Origin: Pyrodictiaceae archaeon
Lineage (GTDB): Archaea; Thermoproteota; Thermoprotei_A; Sulfolobales; Pyrodictiaceae
Assembly: GCA_027036135.1 (NCBI GenBank)
Contig: JALVSY010000007.1
Coordinates: 932,880 to 996,879, forward strand
Direction of reading: 5' to 3'
Length of the DNA stretch: 64,000 bases
Shown here: positions 39,619 through 49,799 of the stretch, piece after piece
Layout of the letters: each line of letters begins with the position of its first letter
Numbering within the stretch: position 1 is the first letter of the stretch
Notes under the pieces: generated by a model
Seen by the model: only the letters and a program-made list of their open reading frames with translations
What the model was told of the DNA's origin: nothing
Databases searched by the model: none
Translations under genes and position numbers: made by a program

Positions 39619-41000
39619 CTCGGGTAAAGGTCAATTGTATGCCTATACTCGATCTCACCAGCCAAGTTCTCGCGTACGAGCCTACGAGCTTCTTCAAAAG
39701 AATCCGTGTGAGCAAGTATCCAGGATAGTTTAACAAATGCAGTCTCCGGGAGCATATCGTCCCCGGGAACAACGCCTGCAGCTAATAGCTTCCGCCCAGT
39801 AATGTATACGTTCATGTTTACTCTGCCGAAGAGAGTCTGTGAGGTCATTACTACTACTACTTCATTCTCATAAGCCCTCTTAAGACTTTCTAGGAGCTGC
39901 TCACCTACATGTCCTAAACCAGTACCCTCAAGGACTATTCCTCTATATCCTCTATCAATTAGGAAGTCTATTATCTCAGGATCCATGCCAGGATAATACT
40001 TTATCAGTGCCACTTTTTTCTCGAACCCATTAGCGACGCTTAGTTCCTCCTCGCCGCGCCTGCGCAGCGGTGGGCGCAGTAGCTCTATTTTCCTCTCAAA
40101 CGGATAAACCTTGGCCAGGGGCCGTGCATTAATTGATTGGAACGCGTCCCTCCTACTTGTATGCATCTTCCGAACCTTTGTACCGCGATGCGCCAAGGCA
40201 TAAGTATCGCTAATTGTGCCGTGCATGACAACGGTTACTTCGGCAAAAGGTGCTTGGGCAGCTACCAGTACAGCCGATATGAGATTAAATGCTGCGTCGC
40301 TGCTTGGCCTATCACTGCTCCTCTGCGCGCCTACAAGCGCTACTGGGACTGGCAACCCTCTCAGCGCGAAGCTTAGCGCAGCAGCAGTATATGCCATCGT
40401 ATCAGTTCCGTGGGCTATAACTATGCCGTCAATGCCTTCCTCTATCTTCTCCGCGACAACGTTGACTATTTTCTCCCAGAGCATTGGGTTCATATTCTCG
40501 CTGAGTATATTCATGACGACTTCAGCGTCTATGTCAGCTATGAAACCAACCTCCGGCACGGCATCGAGTATATCACGTGCACTAAAAGCGGGCTTCACAG
40601 CACCAGTCTCATACTCGATACGGCTAGCAATAGTGCCGCCAGTTCCTAGTATCGTTACCTTGGGCCTCTTTCCGGGTGTTGGTTTTTCTTCTAGGAGAGG
40701 AATTACTGCAGGTGCGCCCTGCTTAGCTTCTTCTAGCAAGGCTTCCTTGGTCTTAATAACCTCCACCGCGGTGTTCTCATCGATTTTTACGCCTACGTTA
40801 TACCCGTTATCGAGCTTGACGACGATAATGGGGCGCGAGACAATGCTATAGCGGGGCATTAGGACTCCTTTAAATTCTCGTCCATCACCCCTCCTTATCC
40901 TTATATAATCACCTATTTTTGCACCAGCATTCTCGAGGAGTCTACGTGCAATACCAGTATATCCCTCAAGACCCAAGTTCATACGCCCAAGGATAACCAA
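39606..41000 (-). CDS. gatD: Glutamyl-tRNA(Gln) amidotransferase subunit D
   Basis: KLDNGYNVG, TGGTIAS, HGTDT, GAQRSSDRPSSD. Confidence 0.97.
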   Translation of the reverse strand: MVILGRMNLGLEGYTGIARRLLENAGAKIGDYIRIRRGDGREFKGVLMPRYSIVSRPIIVVKLDNGYNVGVKIDENTAVEVIKTKEALLEEAKQGAPAVIPLLEEKPTPGKRPKVTILGTGGTIASRIEYETGAVKPAFSARDILDAVPEVGFIADIDAEVVMNILSENMNPMLWEKIVNVVAEKIEEGIDGIVIAHGTDTMAYTAAALSFALRGLPVPVALVGAQRSSDRPSSDAAFNLISAVLVAAQAPFAEVTVVMHGTISDTYALAHRGTKVRKMHTSRRDAFQSINARPLAKVYPFERKIELLRPPLRRRGEEELSVANGFEKKVALIKYYPGMDPEIIDFLIDRGYRGIVLEGTGLGHVGEQLLESLKRAYENEVVVVMTSQTLFGRVNMNVYITGRKLLAAGVVPGDDMLPETAFVKLSWILAHTDSFEEARRLVRENLAGEIEYRHTIDLYPRWPH

Positions 41001-41059
41001 TGTAGTAAAAGCCTATAAAAGGCCTAAACAAGCTAGCCTCTTCTCCCGGGGGAGCCTAT

Positions 41060-41224
41060 ATGCCAAGCCACGGATCGCTAACTAAGGCAGGCAAGGTGAG
41101 GAAACAGACACCAAAAATACCCGCAAAGCCAAGGAAGAATCCTGCGCCACGAGTACGCAACAGGAGAGAGTATAGAAGGCTTCTGGAGAAGATGCAGCAA
41201 GGACAAGTACCTATTAGGCGCTAA
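41060..41224 (+). CDS. rps30e: 30S ribosomal protein S30e (missing from the ORF track)
   Basis: Manual translation [38 protein letters not shown]..., 54 aa. Confidence 0.95.
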   Translation: MPSHGSLTKAGKVRKQTPKIPAKPRKNPAPRVRNRREYRRLLEKMQQGQVPIRR

Positions 41225-41296
41225 CAAATAGCTCTTATGAGCTTACTCGTTTTTAATTAAAGCACTGAGTCGTTACAACAACTACTATTTGCTTAG

Positions 41297-41530
41297 TCAC
41301 AACCATCTTTTATTCTGCATTATAAGTTCGTTGTATGTTGCTAGATGCTCGCAAAAAGTAACGACATGTCCCGGTAAACCATCATATACAAGAATTAACA
41401 GTATAAAGGGATGCGCATCTCTATAAGAGAAGTAAGTTGCAGTCATATTTAAGCAGAAGGGAGGATTATGCGCTAGGTCCTGTAGTTTTCTCACGAATGG
41501 TGAGACAGTGGGCTCTTTCTTAAAAACCAT
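41297..41530 (-). CDS. Doubtful small hypothetical ORF in an AT-rich spacer
   Basis: 77-aa ATG ORF downstream of alba; no recognisable motif. Confidence 0.25.
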   Translation of the reverse strand: MVFKKEPTVSPFVRKLQDLAHNPPFCLNMTATYFSYRDAHPFILLILVYDGLPGHVVTFCEHLATYNELIMQNKRWL

Positions 41531-41562
41531 GTTGAGTCCTTAGGTCGCTCTTACTCTGAGGG

Positions 41563-41862
41563 TTACTCCTCCTTCTTCTCGAGGACTATCTCGATAGTGC
41601 TTACTCTGCTCTGGCGGCCGTCAGGGCTCTGTATTACTTGGCTGTCTATCTTTATGTCTTTTATGTCGATCTTGCCCGGTAGGAATCTCTTCCTCACTAT
41701 CTCTACGGTGTCTACAGCTTTGCTTATTGCGCGGCCTCTGGCCTTTATCACTACTTCCTTGACTCCCTGGTTTAGTAGGGTTAGGGTTGCTAGTACATAG
41801 TTCATTACGGGCTTCTTACCGACTAGGACTACATTGCTTGGGGTTGCACCTGCCTGTGCCAT
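41563..41862 (-). CDS. albA: DNA/RNA-binding protein Alba
   Basis: [30 protein letters not shown]. Confidence 0.97.
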   Translation of the reverse strand: MAQAGATPSNVVLVGKKPVMNYVLATLTLLNQGVKEVVIKARGRAISKAVDTVEIVRKRFLPGKIDIKDIKIDSQVIQSPDGRQSRVSTIEIVLEKKEE

Positions 41863-42069
41863 TGCCGTCTCCCTCGGCGTTATTCGTCGTGTGGGCAGAG
41901 GAGGGGAGCCTCGTATTTAGGCTTTGCGTTTCCCACGGTAAGGACACTCTTCCGCTAAGTAATACTCCTGAATAGATACCATAAATGGGTGTTACTGAGC
42001 CCTTTCTCTCTAAGACGCGATGCGCCTCCACTTTAGATACTGAAACGTAGGTAGCGGGGAGGATTCTCG

Positions 42070-45000
42070 TTGACGCTGCTGGCGCCAGTATTCCATCATG
42101 CCTGCCCTAACTGTGGCGGCCCCATCGATGCATTGCGCTTAGAGAAAGGACTACCCTGTGAAAAGTGTCTTCCACGGATAGACTACCGTAAGATAGAGGG
42201 GCTTAATTACTATGACCTGGTTACGCTTGTCGGCAAGTTACTAAGCGAGAATGGTAAACTACAAGGGTACTGGTATCTATATAGCTCTATTCAACAACTT
42301 AGAGAGTTCGAAGAGTTCTTCAAGAAGCTAACCGGGGGATCCCTTTGGAGCGCACAGCGCACATGGGCTAAGAGGCTTCTCCAGAACGAAAGCCTTGCAA
42401 TAGTTGCTCCAACAGGGGTTGGAAAAACAACACTGCTAAGCGTCTATGCCCTCTATAAGGCGCTTCAAGGAGAAAAAATATACTACGTGCTACCAACCGG
42501 TAATCTAGTAATCCATTTAGAGAAAAAGCTTACATCACTAGCTAGCAGGATAGGAGATGGCCAAGCACCACGTATCGTAAGTTATCACTCAATGCTCTCT
42601 AAGAAACAACGGGACGCAAGAATATCTACTATACAAAGCAATGAATACGATATACTAGTCACTACTTCTAGCTTTGTTTCTCGTAAATGGGATCTATTAC
42701 ATGGCGCCAAGTTCTCATCCATACTAGTTGATGATGTTGACGCGGTTCTCAGGAACTCTAAGAATATTGACAGACTCCTAATCCTGCTAGGATTTGATGA
42801 AGAGAGCATATCACTCGCCTACCAAGTCATTAAGAAGAAGATAGCAGCTGCTATAGCGAAAGCTAGTGGACATATAAAGCTCTACGAAAAGATACTTGAA
42901 GAACTAGAGGTTCTTGAAGCCAAGCTTGCGTCAAAGCTTGCATCAATTATTCCAGGTCAGCTCGTCATAGCCTCTGCAACGGGCCGAGCATATGGTCTAA
43001 AACCGAAGATATTCAGAGAGCTACTAGGCTTTGATATTGGGCGCGTATATGACTACACGAGGAGTGTTACAAACTTCTACTCTGTCTCCGATAACCCGGT
43101 TAATGAAGCAATCAAGGTAGTTACCAAGCTGGGTCCGAGAGGACTTGTATTTGTAGCAAAGAGGTTCGGTAAGGATGTGGCAAAAGAAGTCGTAGAACTC
43201 CTTAACCACGAAGGAGTTAGGGCTGGACTAGCTCTTGCCGGCACACGTGTACTAGACAAGTTTGCACGAGGCGATTACGATGTATTAGTTGGTGTCGCAT
43301 CATACTATGGCACAATTGTTCGAGGTCTTGATATGCCTGAACGAGTACTTTACACGGTATTCATTGGTGCACCTAGCCAAGCCATAGAAGCACCAAAGGC
43401 GTTATTGTCGCCATACAGAGTTGTAAGGGTTGGAATAGACCTAGGACTCGATGGGATAGACGAATTAGCGAAGAAGATATCTAAGCTTAGTCCAGGCGAG
43501 CAAACTGTTCTCCGCATAGCTCTTCAGCGCAACGAGGCGCTAGAAGGCAAGCTCGGCGAGATACTAGAAGAGATTCTTCATTATCGCAGACTAGTTCTAA
43601 GGAGAATAAGGAAGCTTGTAGCTGAAAAAGAAACAGTGGTGCTAGGTTCAATACTCTTCAGAGTTGAGAGAGGGAAGCTGTTGGCTATAATGCCGGATGC
43701 AGCTACTTATGTACAAGCAAGCGGCAGGGCCAGCCGAATGCTGGGATCACATATGACTCATGGGATAAGCATAGTAATTGATACACAGCCCGAGATAATA
43801 GAGCTTCTAAAATCAAGGCTTAAACGCTTCATAGATAACGTAGACTTCGAGCCACTAGATGAGGAGAAGCTAAGAAAGGAGCTTGATAGAGCAGAAAGAA
43901 GTAGGAAAGGAGTAATAGGGAAGAGAGTAAATATAGAGACTTCGCTGATAATAGTAGAGTCACCCACGAAGGCTAAGACTATAGCCTCCTTCTTCGGGAA
44001 ACCTGTGAGGAGGAGACTAGGCTCAATAGTAGTTTATGAGACAACTTTTTACAATAATGTATCCGGTAAAATACACGTAGCAACAATAGCGGCATCAGCA
44101 GGCCATGTATACGACTTGTCAATAGACGGGGAAGGCATCTACGGTGTAGAATTGGCGCTTGACAAGGTCTCGCCAATATATAAGCCTATTAAGAAATGCC
44201 TTAGCTGCGGGCACCAATTCTCCTCGTCAAGCGATACTTGCCCCAAGTGTGGCTCAACAAACGTGATAAGCAAAGCAGATATCATAGAGGCTCTTCGCCA
44301 GCTAGCAACAGAGACAGAGGTAGTCTACATAGCCACGGACCCCGATATCGAAGGCGAAAAAATCGCTTATGACCTATATCTCCTACTTAGACCATACGCG
44401 CGCAGTATTAAGAGAATAGAACTGCACGAAATAACGCGCCACGAGCTTATGAAGGCCTTAGCAACGCCACGCGGTATTGATAAGAGACTAGCATTTGCAC
44501 AAATCGTTCGAAGAGTAGAGGATCGCTGGATAGGATTCGGACTAAGCCGGCACCTCTGGAACGTCTTCGGAAAGAACTGGCTAGGTGCTGGCAGAGTACA
44601 AACTCCTGTTCTCGGATGGCTAGTAGAAAGGTACAACGAGTGGAAGAGGAACCAAGGATACAATATATACATTAAGTTAGGTGAACATGCACGCCTAAAG
44701 ATGTTTGTAAAGAGCGCTGAGATAGCTAGAGAAATAGCTGAAACAATTACCAAGAAAGGGCTCATAGTAAAAGAAGTAAAGATAAGCATCAATGTTCTCA
44801 ACCCGCCACCGCCATATACTACTGAAACACTTCTATTCGATGCATCAAGAATACTAGGTTACCCTGCCCAAAAAACAATGAGGATTGCCCAAGAATTATT
44901 CGAGGCAGGACTAATCACATACCACAGAACAGACTCAACCCATGTATCATCCACGGGGCAAATGGTAGCAAAACAATACATAGAAAAGACAAACCCTGGG

Positions 45001-45753
45001 AACTATCAGCCAAGAAGCTGGGGGCCACAAGGCCACCATGAAGCTATCAGGCCGACAAGGCCCATAGACGCAGCAGAGCTTAGAAAACTAATAGCCACAG
45101 GTGAAATAAGAGTCCCTATAACTATGAGAGAGAGTCACTACAGGCTCTATGACCTTATATTTCGCCGCTTCATAGCCAGCCAGGCCAAGCCCGCAGAGCT
45201 AGTACAGTCTACGATAAAGTTCGTTATACCTGATATCGAGGAGGAAATAGTAGCCCAATACTATGTGGGTGCAAGGCAAGAAGGCTTCCACGAGTACTAT
45301 CCCTTCCCAAGGTTATACGGCGAGCTAAAAGACCTAAGCCAAGGAGACAGAATAGTGCCTAGGCTTGTAGCCGTGAAGAGAGGCTCAAAAATAACGCTGT
45401 ATAGTCACGGTGAAGTAGTGGCGCTAATGAAGGCTCGTGGCATAGGAAGGCCTAGCACATATGCAAAGACTATCGACACCCTTGAGCGCCACGGGTACGT
45501 GATTGAGAGCAAGTTTAGGAAGAAACTCATACCTACAAAGCTAGGCATAGAGGTATACAATTACTTGTCGGAGAACTATGGTGAACTGGTATCAGAGGAG
45601 CGGACTAGGAAGCTTTACGAAGAAATAGAGAAGATAACTCGAGGCGAAATAGAAGCTACTATAGTGATAAAGGAATTGTACTTAGAGCTCGAGGAGTTGC
45701 TCGAGGAGCCAGTAACACTGATACCTGGTCATAAGGGTGTTATTGGAGCTTAA
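42070..45753 (+). CDS. rgy: Reverse gyrase
   Basis: N-terminal zinc finger, APTGVGKT, DDVD, QASGRASR, VESPTKA, ITYHRTDS, GIGRPSTY. Confidence 0.97.
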   Translation: MTLLAPVFHHACPNCGGPIDALRLEKGLPCEKCLPRIDYRKIEGLNYYDLVTLVGKLLSENGKLQGYWYLYSSIQQLREFEEFFKKLTGGSLWSAQRTWAKRLLQNESLAIVAPTGVGKTTLLSVYALYKALQGEKIYYVLPTGNLVIHLEKKLTSLASRIGDGQAPRIVSYHSMLSKKQRDARISTIQSNEYDILVTTSSFVSRKWDLLHGAKFSSILVDDVDAVLRNSKNIDRLLILLGFDEESISLAYQVIKKKIAAAIAKASGHIKLYEKILEELEVLEAKLASKLASIIPGQLVIASATGRAYGLKPKIFRELLGFDIGRVYDYTRSVTNFYSVSDNPVNEAIKVVTKLGPRGLVFVAKRFGKDVAKEVVELLNHEGVRAGLALAGTRVLDKFARGDYDVLVGVASYYGTIVRGLDMPERVLYTVFIGAPSQAIEAPKALLSPYRVVRVGIDLGLDGIDELAKKISKLSPGEQTVLRIALQRNEALEGKLGEILEEILHYRRLVLRRIRKLVAEKETVVLGSILFRVERGKLLAIMPDAATYVQASGRASRMLGSHMTHGISIVIDTQPEIIELLKSRLKRFIDNVDFEPLDEEKLRKELDRAERSRKGVIGKRVNIETSLIIVESPTKAKTIASFFGKPVRRRLGSIVVYETTFYNNVSGKIHVATIAASAGHVYDLSIDGEGIYGVELALDKVSPIYKPIKKCLSCGHQFSSSSDTCPKCGSTNVISKADIIEALRQLATETEVVYIATDPDIEGEKIAYDLYLLLRPYARSIKRIELHEITRHELMKALATPRGIDKRLAFAQIVRRVEDRWIGFGLSRHLWNVFGKNWLGAGRVQTPVLGWLVERYNEWKRNQGYNIYIKLGEHARLKMFVKSAEIAREIAETITKKGLIVKEVKISINVLNPPPPYTTETLLFDASRILGYPAQKTMRIAQELFEAGLITYHRTDSTHVSSTGQMVAKQYIEKTNPGNYQPRSWGPQGHHEAIRPTRPIDAAELRKLIATGEIRVPITMRESHYRLYDLIFRRFIASQAKPAELVQSTIKFVIPDIEEEIVAQYYVGARQEGFHEYYPFPRLYGELKDLSQGDRIVPRLVAVKRGSKITLYSHGEVVALMKARGIGRPSTYAKTIDTLERHGYVIESKFRKKLIPTKLGIEVYNYLSENYGELVSEERTRKLYEEIEKITRGEIEATIVIKELYLELEELLEEPVTLIPGHKGVIGA

Positions 45754-46582
45754 ACCTCCACACAAAATCTTCGGGGCTCGGCATAGGCGGCATAGAGCGC
45801 TTATGCTTACTAGCCTCATAGAGCTCTAGTACACGCATGACTTTTGATGTGGGAAGCCCTGTGGCCTCTGCTGCCTCTTTTACGCTCATTCCTTCGTCAA
45901 ACAAGGCATAGAGTATAACGTCTATCTCGTCGTACTTCATCCCAAGCTCCTCTTCTGCTAGGTGACCTGGCCATAGCCTAGGGCTGCTAGGCTTCCATGT
46001 TATCTTGACAGGTACGCCTAGGTGTAGTGCTAGTCTCCTCACCTGCGATTTGTAGAGGCACCCTATCGGGAGAAAGTCAACGCCACCATCACCGTACTTG
46101 GTGAAATAGCCTATGAGTAGCTCGCTTCTATCGCCGGTTCCGGCAACTAAGTAGCCAAGGTTATTGGCGTGATAGTAGAGTATGGACATCCTTATACGTG
46201 CTCTAAGATTACCAATGGTTCTCTTATCGGCTTCTCCTAGCTGCGCGACAAAGGAATCAACTATAGGCTTAATATCAATGATGCGGTAACGTACCCCTAG
46301 CCCCTCTATAAGGGCTTTCGCATCCTCGACATCCTCTCTGGGTGTAACGGAGCTATCTGGCAGGATAAGTGCGAGAACCTTGTCCTTTCCGAGCGAACGC
46401 ACTAATAGATTAAGAACAGTAGCTGAATCAACGCCACCGCTTACACCGACTACAGCGCCTTTTGCTTTCGCATCCTCAACGTAGTTCTTGATAAAGTCTT
46501 GCAGGCTCCTCGTGACTCCATCGTAGTCCAGTTTAACAATTTCCTCTAGAGTGATTTTCCTGGGCATAGAGTAGCTCACCAT
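45740..46582 (-). CDS. nadE: NH3-dependent NAD+ synthetase
   Basis: GVSGGVDS, GNLRARIRM, GYFTKYGDG. Confidence 0.96.
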   Translation of the reverse strand: MVSYSMPRKITLEEIVKLDYDGVTRSLQDFIKNYVEDAKAKGAVVGVSGGVDSATVLNLLVRSLGKDKVLALILPDSSVTPREDVEDAKALIEGLGVRYRIIDIKPIVDSFVAQLGEADKRTIGNLRARIRMSILYYHANNLGYLVAGTGDRSELLIGYFTKYGDGGVDFLPIGCLYKSQVRRLALHLGVPVKITWKPSSPRLWPGHLAEEELGMKYDEIDVILYALFDEGMSVKEAAEATGLPTSKVMRVLELYEASKHKRSMPPMPSPEDFVWRFKLQ

Positions 46583-46679
46583 AATACTTCTTGTTCTCCG
46601 AGAAAATAAACTAGTGCCTCTGAGGCGGTGTCAGAGATAATACTAAGCGCTAATACTCTCTAAGATATGGTCCCGCGTC

Positions 46680-48275
46680 ATGGAGATAGAGTTCGGGCTA
46701 GGCCCCGAGATCCTTTCAAAGGATGCCCACGTCATTGACACTAACTCGGAGTGGCTTGGCGTCTCAAGGCTACAGCTCATGGAGAATGCTGGTAGAAGTG
46801 TGGCGGAGATCGTAGCTCAGCGTACACGGAAAGGGGGACGCGTAGTAATATACGCTGGAAGCGGTGGCAACGGAGGAGATGGTCTGACAGCTGCTCGTCA
46901 CCTAGCCTATATGGGGTATATGGTTGAGGTAATACTCCTTGCAAGACCCGAGCAGATACGCTCCGAGGAAACACGCAGAATGTACGAGATATTGTTATCA
47001 ATGGACACGAGTGTCGCGATACATACTGTACGCTCTACAGCCGAGATAGCACCGGTCAATGCGGATGCAGTAATAGACGCTCTTCTCGGCGTAGGTGTTC
47101 ACGGCGCACCACGCTCACCGTACAAAGAAGCCATAGACGCGATAAACAATTCAAGCGGTCTAAAAATAGCGATTGATGTACCATCCGGCCTAGACCCTGA
47201 TACAGGAGAAACGCCCGGGGCATATGTAAGAGCTGACATCACGGTAACCTTTCATAAGCCTAAGCCTGGTCTGAGAAAGAGACCAGATGTTGTAGGGGAA
47301 TTAGTTGTAGCGAGCATAGGTGCGCCGCCGGAGTCAGAGATATACGTAGGCCCTGGCGATATCGAAGCTAGAGTACCTAGGCGTACATGGCTTTTTCACA
47401 AAGGTATGGCTGGCCGCGTACTCGTGATAGGCGGCTCGATAGACTTCGTCGGAGCACCGATTATAGCAGCAATTGCCGCTGAGAGAACGGGTGTGGACCT
47501 AGTCTACTTAGCAGCGCCGAGCAATGTAATAAGAGCAGCCTCAAACCACTTCACTATAATACCAGTAGAGCTACGTGAACATCCATGGCTTCATCCTGAT
47601 CACGTAAAGATACTTGAACCCTTCATAGCGAGAGTCGGCTCAATAGCAATAGGTATGGGTATGGGCCTCCACGACGAAAGCTGGGAAGCCTTTCGCACAG
47701 TAATCGAACTAGCTAAGAAATACGAGAAGCCAGTCATAATCGATGCCGATGGCTTAAAACATTTATCAAGAGACCTCAGCCTCCTCGGTAAAAACATCGT
47801 TATTACTCCCCACGAGGCAGAGTTCGAGAAACTATTCGGCGAAAAACCAGAGTCAATAGACAAAATAGTATCAAGATCGAGAACAGCAGCAAAGAAGGCA
47901 AGAGAACACAAAGCAACGATATTACTCAAAGGAGCCGTAGATGTAATAACGGATGGAAAAAGAGTACGGCTAAACAAGACTGGCGCACCAGCAATGAGTG
48001 TAGGTGGTACAGGAGACGCCCTAGCAGGCATCACCGCCGCGCTACTAGCAAAACACCTAGAACCATTCGATGCAGCATGTATCGCTGCATTCATAAATGG
48101 TGTCGCAGGCGGCCTGGCTTACCTAGACAAAGGTGATTCTATGACTACACAAGACCTCTTAGAGAAAATACCAACGGTCTTAAGCAACCCACCTGAGGCA
48201 GCCAAGAAGGCCACAATATACCGCAGTATCAAGTACAGGGAGAGAATCGGGGCCCCGGGATGGCAGGTATTGTAG
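46680..48275 (+). CDS. nnr: Bifunctional NAD(P)HX epimerase/dehydratase
   Basis: LMENAG, GNGGDG, DVPSG, IDADG, TPH..EF, GGTGD. Confidence 0.95.
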   Translation: MEIEFGLGPEILSKDAHVIDTNSEWLGVSRLQLMENAGRSVAEIVAQRTRKGGRVVIYAGSGGNGGDGLTAARHLAYMGYMVEVILLARPEQIRSEETRRMYEILLSMDTSVAIHTVRSTAEIAPVNADAVIDALLGVGVHGAPRSPYKEAIDAINNSSGLKIAIDVPSGLDPDTGETPGAYVRADITVTFHKPKPGLRKRPDVVGELVVASIGAPPESEIYVGPGDIEARVPRRTWLFHKGMAGRVLVIGGSIDFVGAPIIAAIAAERTGVDLVYLAAPSNVIRAASNHFTIIPVELREHPWLHPDHVKILEPFIARVGSIAIGMGMGLHDESWEAFRTVIELAKKYEKPVIIDADGLKHLSRDLSLLGKNIVITPHEAEFEKLFGEKPESIDKIVSRSRTAAKKAREHKATILLKGAVDVITDGKRVRLNKTGAPAMSVGGTGDALAGITAALLAKHLEPFDAACIAAFINGVAGGLAYLDKGDSMTTQDLLEKIPTVLSNPPEAAKKATIYRSIKYRERIGAPGWQVL

Positions 48276-48323
48276 GTCGTTAAGGGCGTAAAAGCCCAGC
48301 CCTTCAACGGCCCTCCCGGGGCC
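48251..48323. repeat. GC-rich inverted repeat spanning the nnr stop
   Basis: GGCCCCGGGA (48251-48260) / TCCCGGGGCC (48314-48323) with inner stems. Confidence 0.7.
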
Positions 48324-48376
48324 ATCCATTTTCCGTGAAGCAAATACAGCCCTATCTTATTCTTATCCCTTAATTA

Positions 48377-48446
48377 TGTCTAGGGGTCGGTGTGAGACTA
48401 GGCCAGTCATAGCTTTCGCTCCTAGACTGCCCGCCTCGCCATCCCC
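48377..48446 (-). ncRNA. Candidate K-turn hairpin RNA (H/ACA-like), divergent from tbp
   Basis: Minus strand UAG-GA-GC-GAAA-GC-UAU-GA-CUG K-turn, flanking stems, ACA triplets; TATA at 48471-48478 about 25 nt upstream. Confidence 0.55.
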
Positions 48447-48458
48447 TAAGGATAAAGA

Positions 48459-48488
48459 TTTATAGGAGGCTTTAAATAGGGTTTATAT
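48459..48488. promoter_or_regulatory. Three tandem TATA-like boxes upstream of tbp
   Basis: TTTATA 48459, TTTAAATA 48471, TTTATAT 48482. Confidence 0.6.
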
Positions 48489-48515
48489 CCCCAGCATTAA
48501 AAAGGGTGTTTACGT

Positions 48516-49115
48516 ATGGCTTCTATGGAGCAAAGTAAGCGTCAACAAGGCAAGGATGAGCCAAAGCCCATTGTAAACATAGAGAATATTGTTGCGACTG
48601 TCTCGCTTGACCAGACCCTTGACCTAAGAATGATCGAGAGAAGTATACTAACGGTAGAGTATAACCCTGAGCAATTTCCCGGGCTCGTATACCGCCTTGA
48701 TTCCCCGAAGGTAACTGCACTGATATTCAAGTCCGGTAAAATGGTTGTCACGGGAGCGAAGAGCACAAGGGATCTCATTGAGGCTGTAAAGAAGATTGTC
48801 CGGAATCTAAAGAAACATGGTATCCCTATACATGGGCGCTCCAAGGTACAGATACAAAACATAGTAGCTTCTGCTAACCTAAATGTATGCGTCGACCTAG
48901 AGCGTGCAGCACTGACACTTGAGAACAGCATGTACGAGCCGGAGCAGTTCCCAGGTTTGATTCATCGTATGGACGAGCCGCGTGTTGTACTCCTAATCTT
49001 CGGCTCAGGGAAAATGGTCATAACCGGTGCAAAGAGGGAAGAAGAGGTCTACGAAGCAGTTAAGAGAATCTATGAAAAGCTCAAGCGAGTTCGTGCTATT
49101 AGGCCATGTACCTAG
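48516..49115 (+). CDS. tbp: TATA-binding protein
   Basis: Two repeats of NIVA..YxPEQFPGL..LIFxSGKMVxTGAK. Confidence 0.98.
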   Translation: MASMEQSKRQQGKDEPKPIVNIENIVATVSLDQTLDLRMIERSILTVEYNPEQFPGLVYRLDSPKVTALIFKSGKMVVTGAKSTRDLIEAVKKIVRNLKKHGIPIHGRSKVQIQNIVASANLNVCVDLERAALTLENSMYEPEQFPGLIHRMDEPRVVLLIFGSGKMVITGAKREEEVYEAVKRIYEKLKRVRAIRPCT

Positions 49116-49127
49116 GAGACTAGTGCT

Positions 49128-49715
49128 TTATCCTACTTTTTCCCTAAAAACAGTCAGTTCCTCGGCAATGTAGTAATCAAGTACCTTTGTTAGCTTGTTT
49201 AATATTCCCTCTAGTTCCCTGGTACTAAGTCTCGATACTAGGGTCATTATGGCCATAAACCTTGCTAGCGTAGAAAATATGAATTCCTCTAAGAACTCCG
49301 TATCGTAGTTGGTCTCTCCTTTCAAGCTCCTCTCGAGATAATCTATTACTGTTTGGAGCAAGTTAAGCTCGTGTATCGCGTACCTCATAATAGAAGCTGA
49401 TAACTCTGCATACATAAAGTCATTATCAATTCTATCTACGTGTGATGATATAGCCTCAGCGGCTTTATCAAGAAGAACGTCCCTTAGCCTCCTTAGCTGG
49501 TTAAGTAGGAATAATCCATAGAGTTTAGGAGGTACATTATCAAGAGGCTTAGCAGTACCCATCGCGTAGAGATATACCTCGGTAAGAGAAAGTGTATTGT
49601 TATCCCTAATTCTTGATAATAATAACTGGGCTAGGTTCTCAATAAACTTCTCAACACGGACTTGGGCACTACTTCTGCTTCGTGTATTGCTGGTCTCTAT
49701 TTCTGATTCGTTCAA
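49128..49715 (-). CDS. Hypothetical alpha-helical protein
   Basis: 195-aa ORF; no motif. Confidence 0.65.
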   Translation of the reverse strand: MNESEIETSNTRSRSSAQVRVEKFIENLAQLLLSRIRDNNTLSLTEVYLYAMGTAKPLDNVPPKLYGLFLLNQLRRLRDVLLDKAAEAISSHVDRIDNDFMYAELSASIMRYAIHELNLLQTVIDYLERSLKGETNYDTEFLEEFIFSTLARFMAIMTLVSRLSTRELEGILNKLTKVLDYYIAEELTVFREKVG

Positions 49716-49774
49716 TGCTCAGCAACCTACCCTTCGCTCACCATATCGCACTATCGGGGCAGCTCATCACCGCA
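49716..49774 (-). ncRNA. Box C/D guide sRNA, double guide to the SSU rRNA 5' domain
   Basis: C GTGATGA, guide ccccgatag, D' GCGA, C' GTGAGCG, guide agggtaggtt, D CTGA, TGC/GCA stem. Confidence 0.85.
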
Positions 49775-49799
49775 GACATGTTTTTGTAAAAATATGCTG

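Noticed and set aside
41930-42005. Possible C/D sRNA between alba and rgy
   Set aside because: Boxes are too degenerate (GTAAGGA, CTAA) and no target was recognised
9959-45753. Inteins or introns in polB3, mcm, rfcS, topA and rgy
   Set aside because: Protein lengths and motif spacing are normal, with no inserted splicing domains or frame breaks
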